Below are positions 41,677 to 51,818 of a DNA stretch of 64,000 nucleotides, piece by piece. The DNA comes from Candidatus Obscuribacterales bacterium (GTDB lineage: Bacteria > Cyanobacteriota > Vampirovibrionia > Obscuribacterales > Obscuribacteraceae): the NCBI GenBank assembly GCA_965228855.1, contig CBDDIJ010000005.1, positions 1,024,001 through 1,088,000 of the forward strand, read 5' to 3'. The position numbers were made by a program, and so were the translations under genes. Position 1 is the stretch's first letter, and every line of letters starts with the position of its first letter. The notes under the pieces are model-generated. The model did no database searches. It saw nothing but the letters and a program-made list of their open reading frames with translations, and had not been told where the DNA came from.

Positions 41677-43224
41677 ATGAAGAATCAGTTCAGCCAAATT
41701 CTAAAGTCGTATTCAGCGGAGCTCGCTCTGCTGAAATCGCCATCGCTAACTGGCGGTGAGCGGGCAAAGCAAAAAAAACTGTTGCAAATCACAATTCTGG
41801 GGACGATCGCGACCGCGTTGTTGACGCTTACTGTTGGCTTCTTTACGGGTCAGAGCATTCAACAGTTTCTGATGGGAACGGTTGTAGTGGTCTTGCTTCT
41901 CTACCTTTATATTCTTCTTGCTCGATTCCTCACGAGGCACGAAGATGCAGAAAATAAATTGCACGCGATGGCCGCTACCATCGAAGAACGAAACCGAGAA
42001 CTCAAACACCTTGTGTTGATTGACCCATTAACAGAGGTAATGAACCGACGAGGTTTTGAGCGGGTCTTAAAAATAGAGATTGAGCGCGCGGCCAGAAACA
42101 AAACAAAAAACTTTGCGCTCCTCATAGACTGCGATGACTTCAAAGGAATCAACGAAAAATATGGACACTCCGTTGGAGACCTGGTGCTTCAGGAAGTGTC
42201 CTCTCGTTTGGTCAAAGCTGTGAGACCATCCGATCACGTTGCTCGAATTGGCGGAGACGAATTCTTGATTCTGCTTTCCGAGATAGACACCAATACTGCA
42301 CTTCAAGTAGCAGAGCGAGTGCGTTTATCTGTAGCAGAAACGCCGATCAATCTTGCCCACGAGACAACAAAAATTACAACCAGCACCGGAATTATCGAAC
42401 TTGCAAACGAGCTACTTTCGATTGAGGAAATATTGGCCTCTGGGAATGCGGGTCTGAAGAACAGCAAGAGAGCCGGTAAAAACTCCGTCTCGTTTTCAAA
42501 CAGCAATGAGACCTTTAACGAATTAGCAGTTACTCTAGAAAAGCTCCGAAGCGGAGAATGTCTTCGGGCTGTTTATCAACCGATCTCGCAACTGAGAGAC
42601 CAGCAAATTATCGGTTATGAGCTTCAGTGTCGCGCAGAAAAAGGCGTATTCGAACAGCCTGATGCATTTTATAAACTGGCTCGCGAACATAATCTTCGCA
42701 CACCGGTAGACCTAAGATGTTTGAAAATCTGCCTTGAAAACTTAAGCAAATTGCCTGACAAAAGCCCCGGCTTCATCAACGTTTTCGCAGCAACGCTGTT
42801 TGATATTCCGCTAGACAATTTGGAAACAATATTCGATGTTGCAGGACAGGAAGTATGTGTTGTTATCCACGACAACGATTTCCTGGCAGAGCCTATGAGG
42901 CTGTTTGAGCATGTGCAGAGACTCAAGGAATTGGGTGTAAATATCGCCCTTGGCCAGGGAGGAGCAGGATTCAATTCATTCGCTAGTCTTCTGATGCTCG
43001 AGCCCCGGTTTATCAGAATCGAAAAGGAAGCGGTAAAAAACTCTTCCAGTGACGTTCCCACTTATCGAGCGTTTGTGTCGAAGCTAGTAAGGGTTGCCTC
43101 ACAACTCAACTGCCTTATTATTGCGGATGGCATTGAATCTAAGAAAGATCTTGATGCGATGTCTAGCTGCGGAGTGCAGTTGGGACAGGGAGCATTCTGG
43201 GGACTTCCAGTCCAGACAGACTAA
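41677..43224 (+). CDS. Diguanylate cyclase (GGDEF) with degenerate EAL domain
   Basis: Two TM; DPLT, DCDDFKGINEKYGH, RPSD I-site, RIGGDEF. The EAL domain has YELQCR and lacks DDFG. Confidence 0.9.
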   Translation: MKNQFSQILKSYSAELALLKSPSLTGGERAKQKKLLQITILGTIATALLTLTVGFFTGQSIQQFLMGTVVVVLLLYLYILLARFLTRHEDAENKLHAMAATIEERNRELKHLVLIDPLTEVMNRRGFERVLKIEIERAARNKTKNFALLIDCDDFKGINEKYGHSVGDLVLQEVSSRLVKAVRPSDHVARIGGDEFLILLSEIDTNTALQVAERVRLSVAETPINLAHETTKITTSTGIIELANELLSIEEILASGNAGLKNSKRAGKNSVSFSNSNETFNELAVTLEKLRSGECLRAVYQPISQLRDQQIIGYELQCRAEKGVFEQPDAFYKLAREHNLRTPVDLRCLKICLENLSKLPDKSPGFINVFAATLFDIPLDNLETIFDVAGQEVCVVIHDNDFLAEPMRLFEHVQRLKELGVNIALGQGGAGFNSFASLLMLEPRFIRIEKEAVKNSSSDVPTYRAFVSKLVRVASQLNCLIIADGIESKKDLDAMSSCGVQLGQGAFWGLPVQTD

Positions 43225-43264
43225 TGTTTTTAGTATCAACAATGGCTGCGGTGAAACCAAAACG

Positions 43265-44593
43265 CTAGGGTCTTATTTTCAAAGCCTTAATTACTGCAGC
43301 GCGTAAATCCGGAACAACGAATCCTTCTGATGTGACCCTGCCTGTTTTGTATATCAGCTTATCCGCTTTGTCCGGAGTCAACTTCGGATTAAGACTCATC
43401 AACAACGCGATGGACCCGGACCAGCATGGAGCAGAAAAGGAAGTGCCATCGCCGTAGGCCGGATTGCCAGTTAGGGTGTTGTGGGTGCGAATGTTAACTG
43501 CTGGCGCAACCGATTTAAAAGGACCGTAGGTTGATGAGGACCAGTAGAGGTCGTTCTCGTCAATACCGCCTACTCTTCTCAAATACTTGACTTGTTTGCT
43601 CGGATCCAACATATGAACGTTGCCTGCGCCGTTGACAAGTAAGTCTTTGTGCTTAGAGAGAGACTTCGCGATTCCTTGCACAACTGAAGAGCCATTGTAG
43701 GTAGGCAAGCTCGATGAATTGATGCTCAGATTGACAACACCCATTCCTCCGCGCGCAGCCTGGTTATCCACACACCAGGTCAAGGCACGGAGGACATCGA
43801 GCGTATCAATATTGCCGCTCCCGTCCTGAGTTCGCAAAGAAATTATTTTGACGGATGGATTGCTGTGCGAAGCGATACCTGTATACAAAACAGAATTGTT
43901 GGTAGCAGCACCTGCCACACAAGTGACAGCTGTGCCATGAAATCCGCTGTCGAAAGCGGTTTCCGGAACTCCGTTTTGCCCATTAGCAAAATTGTATTGC
44001 GTGATATTCGTCATCTCGTTGGAGATTGGAGCAACTCCCGAATCGACCACCGTGATCCGTGGTTGTACAACTTGCGAGATCCCCTTCGCATCAAGCAAGC
44101 AGCGCATTTCGGAAAAGTTCATCTGCTGCAAAAACAGTTGAGAAGCGAATTCAGGATCGTTGATTGACGGAACACACGCATTTGTTTTGGATGCGAACTT
44201 TATTTCAGCACCTTCCAGATCAACATCGCCGGAGGCTCTAACATTCGCCAAAGCGGCTTGAGCAGATACTTTCGGAGACTGCACCTCAAAGATGCCATAG
44301 CTTTCCGTTTTTGATCTGATTTCATTTACTACAATCAAACCACGCTTCGTCAGCCGTTCTCTGAACTTGTCCACGTCGCATTGAGGACGGCTCATCACAA
44401 GAACACTTTGTCCAGGCGGTATTCTCTTCGCCGAGGCAGACTGAATGAACACCATTGACCCTACCGCGATGACCGCAAGAGTTGTGAAAGCTAGATATTT
44501 TAGTTTGTTGGACAAACGGTGAACCTCATAACGCATTAGCGTCCGCGGCTCGGGTAATGAAAATTGTCCAGGAATCATCACCCCATCACTCAA
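43265..44593 (-). CDS. Secreted subtilisin-like S8 serine peptidase
   Basis: Triad VVDSG / FHGT / GTSFSAP; oxyanion GAGN; VVNLS. Start uncertain. Confidence 0.88.
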   Translation of the reverse strand: MSDGVMIPGQFSLPEPRTLMRYEVHRLSNKLKYLAFTTLAVIAVGSMVFIQSASAKRIPPGQSVLVMSRPQCDVDKFRERLTKRGLIVVNEIRSKTESYGIFEVQSPKVSAQAALANVRASGDVDLEGAEIKFASKTNACVPSINDPEFASQLFLQQMNFSEMRCLLDAKGISQVVQPRITVVDSGVAPISNEMTNITQYNFANGQNGVPETAFDSGFHGTAVTCVAGAATNNSVLYTGIASHSNPSVKIISLRTQDGSGNIDTLDVLRALTWCVDNQAARGGMGVVNLSINSSSLPTYNGSSVVQGIAKSLSKHKDLLVNGAGNVHMLDPSKQVKYLRRVGGIDENDLYWSSSTYGPFKSVAPAVNIRTHNTLTGNPAYGDGTSFSAPCWSGSIALLMSLNPKLTPDKADKLIYKTGRVTSEGFVVPDLRAAVIKALKIRP

Positions 44594-44823
44594 TTCATGC
44601 TACCACTGGCGACCATCCCTGTCGAGCAAATTTATACGCTGCGTCAGGTGACCACACGAAGACCTCCGAAGTGTCCGTCGCGAGTTGATTAAATAATTGA
44701 TTGCCACCACAGGCAGTGCGCATTCTTCATCGCTAAAGTCAGCGACTAGAAAGAGTTTTAGCCCCGAAACCTCCACAAGAGGAACTCGAATGGACGAAGC
44801 TCCCAACCAATCGCCAAGCTCTA

Positions 44824-45297
44824 TCACATAGAAAATTTCGATATGTGCGTGCCGACTTTCCTCTCCGGCCAGTCATACACGATACAGTCGCGTAGTCCGC
44901 ACTTTCTCATTACGCTAAAGACCCGCTCTGACACAACAATGGCGATTGCCGATTCTGCAGAACCGATATCGTCTTTGCCGCCCTCGCCGACAATCTTGAG
45001 CCAGTAGAAACTCGGCAATGAATGATCTGGAATATGTGATGTGTGTTCTTCGTATGCCTCTGATTCGGTCACGATCACATCATCAAACTCACATCCTGTC
45101 GCGTTGATGTCCTTGAGCGCATCTTTCAACTCTTGCGTAACAAGGTAGACACCACTGCGCTCGACGATACAGTCCGACGGATAGTCATCAAAAACGTAGT
45201 GGACCTTTTTGAAGATTTCTACGTTATCCACGATCTCACTCACTGATTGCTCACCGATCCAGCCCGGTACCATCGCCTCTAGGCTCATAAACTTCAT
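44824..45297 (-). CDS. Hypothetical protein, possibly immunity-protein-like
   Basis: 157 aa; HYVFDDY...YLVTQELKDAL...FYWLKI...DDIG...VVSER pattern of a common uncharacterised family. Confidence 0.6.
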   Translation of the reverse strand: MKFMSLEAMVPGWIGEQSVSEIVDNVEIFKKVHYVFDDYPSDCIVERSGVYLVTQELKDALKDINATGCEFDDVIVTESEAYEEHTSHIPDHSLPSFYWLKIVGEGGKDDIGSAESAIAIVVSERVFSVMRKCGLRDCIVYDWPERKVGTHISKFSM

Positions 45298-45388
45298 GGT
45301 ATGACTGCTCCGGTTCTTGGTTATTTTGCAATGTCAGGATCGTACGAATGACCTCAATTATACATTCCTGATTAAAGACATCAGAATG

Positions 45389-45421
45389 CAAAGGGCGCGG
45401 TGGGTAGGTCCGCGCCCTTTG
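45389..45421. terminator. Strong GC hairpin downstream of the SDR gene
   Basis: CAAAGGGCGCGG...CCGCGCCCTTTG 12-bp stem. Confidence 0.5.
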
Positions 45422-45543
45422 TTTATTTACTTCAGCGGCTGACGAATTTGACCCGCTGATGATGCGTTTCGTTAATTGCAAATCTCAATAGAGCACCATT
45501 TATGGTGGCAAGTTTGTTCGCCACCGATTCTCCAACTTCGAGT

Positions 45544-46284
45544 TTATCTAAAGCCGCCGCCTGCGTTGATTAACTCGCCGGTGATCCAGCCTGAATCATC
45601 AGAGGCCAGAAAAACAACAGCCTTTGCGATATCGTCTGGCTGCCCCACTCTGCCCAATGGAGTTTGCGCAACAGCGCCTTTTGCGAAGTCGCTATGTATA
45701 AAATCTTTTGTTCCTTCGGTTTCAACGAGACCAGGATTCAATGCATTAACTCGAATTCTGCGATCGCCCAGTTCCCGTGACAAGACTCCTGTTATCACGT
45801 CGACGGCACCTTTGGTTCCTCCATATACAGCATAGTTTGGAGGCGTAATTCGAGAGACTAAAGAGCCGATGTTTATGATGCTAGAACCTTTACCTAGATG
45901 CTTTACCGCGGCTTGCGTCATCAACAAAACACCAAGCACGTTGACATCGAAGATGCGCCTGTAATGCTCTTCCGTGACTTCCTCGATGGATTTCTGCTCA
46001 TAGACACCGGAGTTGTTTACGAGAATGTCCAGACGTCCGAAATTTTCGATTGCTGCGTCAACGATTGCTTTCGCATCATCAGCTTTTGATACGTCACCTT
46101 TCACTGCGACGGCCTTTCCACCGGCTGAAGTGATCGCATCAACAATCTTGTCTGCACCTTCTTTGCTTGAGGCGTAGTTGACAACGACTGCTGCGCCGGC
46201 TGCACCAATCGCCTTTGCGATTCCTGCGCCAATGCCTTTTGAGGCGCCTGTTACCACGGCAACTTTGCCTTCCAATTTACTCAT
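45544..46284 (-). CDS. Short-chain dehydrogenase/reductase (FabG/glucose 1-dehydrogenase-like)
   Basis: TGASKGIG, LVNNSG, YGGTK, NPG, PLGRVGQPDDIA. Confidence 0.93.
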   Translation of the reverse strand: MSKLEGKVAVVTGASKGIGAGIAKAIGAAGAAVVVNYASSKEGADKIVDAITSAGGKAVAVKGDVSKADDAKAIVDAAIENFGRLDILVNNSGVYEQKSIEEVTEEHYRRIFDVNVLGVLLMTQAAVKHLGKGSSIINIGSLVSRITPPNYAVYGGTKGAVDVITGVLSRELGDRRIRVNALNPGLVETEGTKDFIHSDFAKGAVAQTPLGRVGQPDDIAKAVVFLASDDSGWITGELINAGGGFR

Positions 46285-46335
46285 TTCTGCTTCCTTTAGT
46301 GACTATAAATCCAGCTCGTATCTGCTAAGCGAAAT

Positions 46336-46364
46336 ATAATAGACCGGTCGTCTAGTTCTGTCAA
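46336..46364 (-). promoter_or_regulatory. Sigma70 promoter of the SDR gene with embedded palindromic operator
   Basis: Minus strand TTGACA-17 bp-TATTAT; TAGAC-n5-GTCTA palindrome at 46340-46354. Confidence 0.7.
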
Positions 46365-46538
46365 GGTTGTGCATCGAGGACCGGTCGGAACGATCAAACT
46401 CAGCCGCGCGAACTTAGCCGATTGCGGCTTGCATCTCGATCCAAACGCTTGACAAGGGGCGATTGCTGGGTTAACTTATGAGTCTCGCTTAAACTTGCTC
46501 AAACCTTACTACTCGTTTCTATTTGGGGACCACATTAG

Positions 46539-48992
46539 ATGGTCAACGAAAGCCAGGGCTCGGACAAAGTTGTCCAGCCGAAGGGAGATGCTACTCCCGA
46601 CTCACCTGCTGCAACTCTTTCCCAGAAAACGTGGGAGCAGATGGATACTGCCGGGTCACTTGGCCCAGCGAGTAGAACCATCGACGAACCTCCTAGTTTG
46701 GCGTTCGACAACTCCATCTATAGAAGCGACCAGGTAGCGTTGACCAACAAGCTCCTGAGTCCAGCACCTGAGCGTACTGACGCGCCTGACAAACCGTTAA
46801 CCGGAGCGATCGAGACAAAGGACCTCCAACCTCTGACGAGAGAGGGCATTGATGCAACCAAGGACATCGCTCTCGATCCGAGCACCTCTGACCGTGATCG
46901 GTATCGTAGTCTGCAAGTTCTGCTCAGCAACGATGTAAACAAATTCGAAAATGATGGTCAGCAATACGAAATTCAAACAAGCTCGAACCTGGATAAGCGT
47001 CAAATTTCGCTGATGCGCGAAAATCCGGATTCAACAATGCACGACGTATGGAGTGCAGACGACTCGGTGCTGAAGCCCGGCTTCGAAGCTGTTCGTAATG
47101 AAATACCGACGCGCTCCATTGTGCGTCCTGGTGACGAGAAGGTTCCTCCGGGCACTCCACCGGATGAGCGATTAGCACCGAAGGTTCCAGGCGACCCGGT
47201 CACACCACCGGAACGAGCGCTCCCGGGCGATCCGGCCACTCCACAAGACCGCACAAATCCTCGTGAAGATTTACGCCCTCAGGACAACCAACCGGAGAAA
47301 ACTAAAGAGCAGAAACTGTTTGATCCTTCGTTAAGTCCAGAAGAAAAAATCAAAATTGCAAAGGAACTAAATCAGGAAGGCAAGTCGAAAATAACCGGTC
47401 CTGATGGGAAGACTTACGACATCAGCGTACAAAAAGTTGGCAATCGTGAGTTAGTTGCCGTAATGGGCAAGGACGAAAAGGGGCATTCAAAGCCACTTTT
47501 GCGAGGTATCGTCGAGAAAGACGGGACGGTTTCAAAACAACGAAATTCAAAAGGTCAGTTTGTCGATTTCCAAAGCGATTGGGCGAAGAAAAATGCGCCG
47601 GACAATCCTCTGGTAAAACATGAGCCGAAACAACCCGACCAGCCGACTCCTGCACGCCCAGAACAACCGCCGGAAGCAGATCCTGAAAAGCCTCCTGTTA
47701 ATCCGGTCTTGCCAGAGCAGCCGGTCAAGCCGGAAACGCCTCCTGTAAATCCTGAAGATCCTGCCAAGCCGGAAAAGCCACCGGTGAATCCTGAGGAGCC
47801 CACAAAGCCGGAAAAACCTCCGGTGAATCCGGAGGAGCCTACCAAGCCGGAAAGGCCACCGGTGAATCCCGAGGATCCTGCAAAACCGGAAAAGCCGCCG
47901 GCCAATCCCGAAGAGCCCGCGAAACCGGACAAACCTCAAACACCAGAGCGCCCGCCGGAAACTCAAGAGCGTCCGGAACAGACCGATCGACCTCCCGAAG
48001 TTGAGGAATCCAGAAAGCGATTGCGCGAAAGCGCGGAAAAATCGATTACCGATCCCCAGGCTCGCCAAAAATTCCTCGACGACATGGACACCTTCGAAAA
48101 GAGGGCTCGGGAACAGGGGATATCGCCCCAAGAAGTAGCGCGCACAATGGATCAGACAAGGCGTCTTCTGGACGCCCCTCAGGGTGCAACCTCTGCTGAA
48201 AACCGAATTTTAGCGGCTCGCGGACTGGCGCACCACCTGGCGAATCCATCGGATACGAACCAGGGAGCGCACAACACATGCGGACCGACGTCGCTCGGTG
48301 AGCGGACCTTGACCCGCAATCCTTCTAGAGCCGCGGAGATGGTTGCGAGTGCTGCAATAGACGGGCAGTGGACTTCGTCAGATGGAAAAGTAATTAAAAT
48401 CCCTCCGGGTAATTTGACTCCAGGAGCTGAAGAGCGCACGTTCCCACCAACCGGTGATCACCGAACATTTGCGACCCAACTGATGAACGCGACGATAATC
48501 AATGACGTCACCCAGCACCGAATGCCGCCAGAATACTACGTCCAGGGTCGACCGACCGGTGATGGTGACACAGGCGAACGAGTTTACTACGATGGACAAA
48601 AACCAGAAGACGGCAGGCGATACAACGGGCACACTGGTCCGGAATTGGCGGAGGAAGCTCGACGTCTTAACGGAGATCGCAACGCCGTATTACAAGATCC
48701 AGCAACCGATTCCGGAGCGGATGTCGTGCCGATTCGCAATGAGCAAGATTTGAAAAACGCACTTGAGGCTGCGAAGAGAAACGGGAATATGCCGCTCATA
48801 GTCTTCCTGGATGCAGCCGATCCGAGTATAAATGGCAACGGAACGGGACCAAGACGGTTCCACTTTGTCTCGATAACAGGCTATGATGCCAACACTGGAC
48901 AGGTCACCGTATCCAATCAGTGGGGTCCGCAGCATGACAAACAAATTCCTGCTTCGGATTTGTATCGAGCAATAAAACGTCGGGAAGTATAA
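46539..48992 (+). CDS. Large protein with Pro/Glu repeat linker and C-terminal papain-like cysteine protease domain
   Basis: NQGAHNTCGPTS (Gln/Cys), FHFVSITGYD (His), VSNQWG (Asn). Confidence 0.75.
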   Translation: MVNESQGSDKVVQPKGDATPDSPAATLSQKTWEQMDTAGSLGPASRTIDEPPSLAFDNSIYRSDQVALTNKLLSPAPERTDAPDKPLTGAIETKDLQPLTREGIDATKDIALDPSTSDRDRYRSLQVLLSNDVNKFENDGQQYEIQTSSNLDKRQISLMRENPDSTMHDVWSADDSVLKPGFEAVRNEIPTRSIVRPGDEKVPPGTPPDERLAPKVPGDPVTPPERALPGDPATPQDRTNPREDLRPQDNQPEKTKEQKLFDPSLSPEEKIKIAKELNQEGKSKITGPDGKTYDISVQKVGNRELVAVMGKDEKGHSKPLLRGIVEKDGTVSKQRNSKGQFVDFQSDWAKKNAPDNPLVKHEPKQPDQPTPARPEQPPEADPEKPPVNPVLPEQPVKPETPPVNPEDPAKPEKPPVNPEEPTKPEKPPVNPEEPTKPERPPVNPEDPAKPEKPPANPEEPAKPDKPQTPERPPETQERPEQTDRPPEVEESRKRLRESAEKSITDPQARQKFLDDMDTFEKRAREQGISPQEVARTMDQTRRLLDAPQGATSAENRILAARGLAHHLANPSDTNQGAHNTCGPTSLGERTLTRNPSRAAEMVASAAIDGQWTSSDGKVIKIPPGNLTPGAEERTFPPTGDHRTFATQLMNATIINDVTQHRMPPEYYVQGRPTGDGDTGERVYYDGQKPEDGRRYNGHTGPELAEEARRLNGDRNAVLQDPATDSGADVVPIRNEQDLKNALEAAKRNGNMPLIVFLDAADPSINGNGTGPRRFHFVSITGYDANTGQVTVSNQWGPQHDKQIPASDLYRAIKRREV
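47682..47930 (+). repeat. In-frame tandem repeat, about 6 copies of a 39-nt unit (PEKPPVNPEEPTK)
   Basis: Units PEKPPVNPVLPEQPVK, PETPPVNPEDPAK, PEKPPVNPEEPTK x2, PERPPVNPEDPAK, PEKPPANPEEPAK. Confidence 0.9.
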
Positions 48993-49006
48993 AGAGGGCA
49001 CGACCA

Positions 49007-49705
49007 ATGGACGGCGGCGACATTCCAAAACCTGCTAAAAATGATGTTGAAGTCAGAGTCGGCGGCTTTGAAGATCACTTCAACTATCCACGCGAAGGAG
49101 AGATTCTGGTGGCAGCTAACACCGGCGGGCAAACCCGACATGAAGTCGATGTTGCCGGCGTAAAGTCGGTTGAAGTTCCAAGCAACTGGTCACAAACAAC
49201 CGAGAGTTATCTGGGCGGTCGTGGCTTGATTTCGACCTTTTCACCGGGCGGCAACACTGATGTCGTATTGAGCGTTTTAGACAAAGGTTCCAGGCTCAAT
49301 CAGGATCAAACAAATGCGCTTGATGCTGTTCTAAATCTTGCCGATCACAACGGTCGTCCGCGAGTGCTACTGCCTTCACAGATTAAGAGCATTACTGAAG
49401 CGCTAGGCACAACCACAGTCGGAGACAACCAGTATACAAACACCGCCAAGCCTCCGGATCCGACCTCGCCGGTTTTCAAAATCATGTCGGCACAAGTCAT
49501 AACCGTGGATGGCAAGCCGGTCGTTGAAGTAGACGGTCAGTTCGTAAACGAAAACGGTCAGCGTGTTCGTGACTATATCGGCATCTTCGGCAAAGGGGAT
49601 GGCGGTCACGTCAATCAGATGTTTTTGCAATCCTCTTCAAAAGATGAGTACATCAAAGGCCGCAAAGTTTACAAGGACGCACTGCAGAGTCTTGACTGGA
49701 AGTAA
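49007..49705 (+). CDS. Hypothetical protein co-transcribed with the protease gene
   Basis: GAGG RBS, 14 nt after the upstream stop; 232 aa. Confidence 0.7.
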   Translation: MDGGDIPKPAKNDVEVRVGGFEDHFNYPREGEILVAANTGGQTRHEVDVAGVKSVEVPSNWSQTTESYLGGRGLISTFSPGGNTDVVLSVLDKGSRLNQDQTNALDAVLNLADHNGRPRVLLPSQIKSITEALGTTTVGDNQYTNTAKPPDPTSPVFKIMSAQVITVDGKPVVEVDGQFVNENGQRVRDYIGIFGKGDGGHVNQMFLQSSSKDEYIKGRKVYKDALQSLDWK

Positions 49706-49736
49706 TTGCCCTGAAGAAACTGCGATCTAGCAGTGC

Positions 49737-51644
49737 TCAGTGCTGTTCAGCGGGCTTCTCTTTTACAGACTGCTCGAACCTCGGCGAGTCGGCTTTTCGC
49801 ATATGGTAGAGAGCTCGCAGACTCAAAGAGGTGAGCAGATTTGGTGTTTCGCGAATCGGCATCTTCCCGTCTTGAGCCAGCGTGCGCGCACGACCAAGGA
49901 TGCCATCAACCTGGGCGGGACTGTGACCGGAGCCTTGCAACGCCTGACGCCCAGCGCTAGAGTCGAAATCGCGAACAAAACTGTCCAGCCTTGTGCGCGA
50001 TTCAGTTGACAAAGGTTTTCCGGAAAGACTGCTCATCAGGCGATCGTTGAGCAGGGAAACTCGGCTCTCCGTTTTACCCCAGGACGGCAAGTAATCCGAC
50101 GCATACTTTGCGGGTCTAATCGGGTCAGCAAGATCGATGTTGCTCATCTTGCGTTCGCCGGGGTGCGCAATCATATTGTGCGCATGGTTATCCCACTGCC
50201 CGAGTAGCATTTTCTGCAACCAAACCTGCTCATTCTGCCGCATAAGCTCAGGATCACTGCGCAATGCTCGGGCAGCAGCACGGTCGGTCGTGATACCGTC
50301 TCTCTGCCAGGCTGTCGCACGCAGATGGTCTTCGAACGAGCGGCCGGCGAGTTCCTGAACATATCCTCTACGCATCGCCCCATTGATGGAAGCTTCGGTT
50401 TCCGCCACCGTAAGTGCTCGAGTATCGGCGCCCATCGCACGTTGCATGCGGTAGTCCAACAGCTCGTTTTGCATACGCATGTGCATCTCCGGAGTGTCCG
50501 TCACCCGGAAGACTACTTGCTTCGCCGCGCCACCAGGTGAATTGACCTCTGCGAGCCAGGCGACATCGTTGAGCTGTTTTTTGATTGTGAGAGGCGACTG
50601 TAGTTCTCGTTGTCTTGCATCGAGTTCGTTGAAACGCGCGACACGCTCAGGAACTGGTTGCTGATGTTCACCACCGGCGGTGCGGTCAGACGCTGGAGTC
50701 AAACGCAAACGCTGCATGCGGTCGAAACCGCCAATACCGCCAGCCAAACCGTTTACAAGCATCGACGCTCCACCGCGCGCCATCACTTTCGAGAAATCGA
50801 ATTGCTCGCCAGCTTTGTTTTGGCGCATGAGTTCTTCGCCCGCGCCACTTCCCAATCCATAGATTCCGGCACTTGCCACCGTGGGCAGTGCCGGATGACG
50901 ATACAGAGCGCCCTTCGTGGCATAGTTCAACCGCCCAAGAGTAAACTCGGTCGCTCCGAACAAAAGCGCGTCGGTAGCGACTGCCCGCGGATCGCCCGCG
51001 GCAGATATTGTACTCATCACACCACGGCCTACGGATAAATCGCCGTTAGCATCCTGCCATGTTTGGCGCGTCAGTCCCACATCAGTGACCCGGCTCACCA
51101 CTCCAAGTCCGATACCTTTAATCGCCGGAGAAGCTTTCCAGGCACCAAGCTCATTAAGTGTGTGCTTCATGGCAAAACCTTTGGCGCCCCCGAGCGTAAA
51201 GTCGGTCAACTGAGTACCTAGCGGGTCATCCGGCGACGCCTGGTCGGCGGCGTAAACGCCAACAGTAAATGACACAGCCCGTTTGCGGTCGAGAAAAAGC
51301 GGTACAGCCTTCACGAACATCTTGCCGTATTTTTCAACTTCGTCGTGCGAATGAGACTGAGCCTCCGATTCGCCGAGCATGACCCGCGAGAATAGAGAAA
51401 CCGTCTCATCAGCAGCGTGGTCTAAATACGTGCGTGGATGGTTTTCAGGCGTGACCTCGAGCTTCTGGTTGGGCGCCTGAACTTGCATAAAGCCGGCGCG
51501 CTGCATGCGCTCGCCCATAGGCAATTCGTTATTTGGTCCTATTTCCGGGTTATCGCCCACGAATGTCTCAGCTCGAATCAAATTCCGGACTATATATACC
51601 CTCGAAGAGTCGGAATTTCCCGCCTGGTCTAAAAATACAGACAT
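49737..51644 (-). CDS. Hypothetical protein with Gly/Ala-rich helical region and C-terminal atypical (PI3/4-kinase or HipA-like) kinase domain
   Basis: QVVFR...QNE, GYVQE, LLGQWDNHAHNMI, NIDLA resemble the DxHxxN / D kinase motifs. Confidence 0.6.
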   Translation of the reverse strand: MSVFLDQAGNSDSSRVYIVRNLIRAETFVGDNPEIGPNNELPMGERMQRAGFMQVQAPNQKLEVTPENHPRTYLDHAADETVSLFSRVMLGESEAQSHSHDEVEKYGKMFVKAVPLFLDRKRAVSFTVGVYAADQASPDDPLGTQLTDFTLGGAKGFAMKHTLNELGAWKASPAIKGIGLGVVSRVTDVGLTRQTWQDANGDLSVGRGVMSTISAAGDPRAVATDALLFGATEFTLGRLNYATKGALYRHPALPTVASAGIYGLGSGAGEELMRQNKAGEQFDFSKVMARGGASMLVNGLAGGIGGFDRMQRLRLTPASDRTAGGEHQQPVPERVARFNELDARQRELQSPLTIKKQLNDVAWLAEVNSPGGAAKQVVFRVTDTPEMHMRMQNELLDYRMQRAMGADTRALTVAETEASINGAMRRGYVQELAGRSFEDHLRATAWQRDGITTDRAAARALRSDPELMRQNEQVWLQKMLLGQWDNHAHNMIAHPGERKMSNIDLADPIRPAKYASDYLPSWGKTESRVSLLNDRLMSSLSGKPLSTESRTRLDSFVRDFDSSAGRQALQGSGHSPAQVDGILGRARTLAQDGKMPIRETPNLLTSLSLRALYHMRKADSPRFEQSVKEKPAEQH

Positions 51645-51818
51645 GAGCAGTTTTTCATCTCCGTCCGCGCAACTATTTTGGACCCCCGCTGTATTAGGGT
51701 CAGTACCGCAACCAATCGATGACCACCGCGATGAGTGGTAAACATCGTGCTGACGTTCAGTCGGTCGTGTGCCGAGATTTTATTTTTAGAGTTTGCATTC
51801 AAAGAAAGAGGTTTCATC

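Noticed and set aside
44600..44827. 75-aa ORF after the hypothetical gene; possible TGA readthrough or paralog fragment
   Set aside because: The TGA is immediately followed by TAG in frame, and no family is recognisable.
47682..47930. 39-nt periodic repeat considered as a CRISPR array
   Set aside because: No unique spacers, synonymous variation between copies, in-frame coding sequence, and no cas genes.
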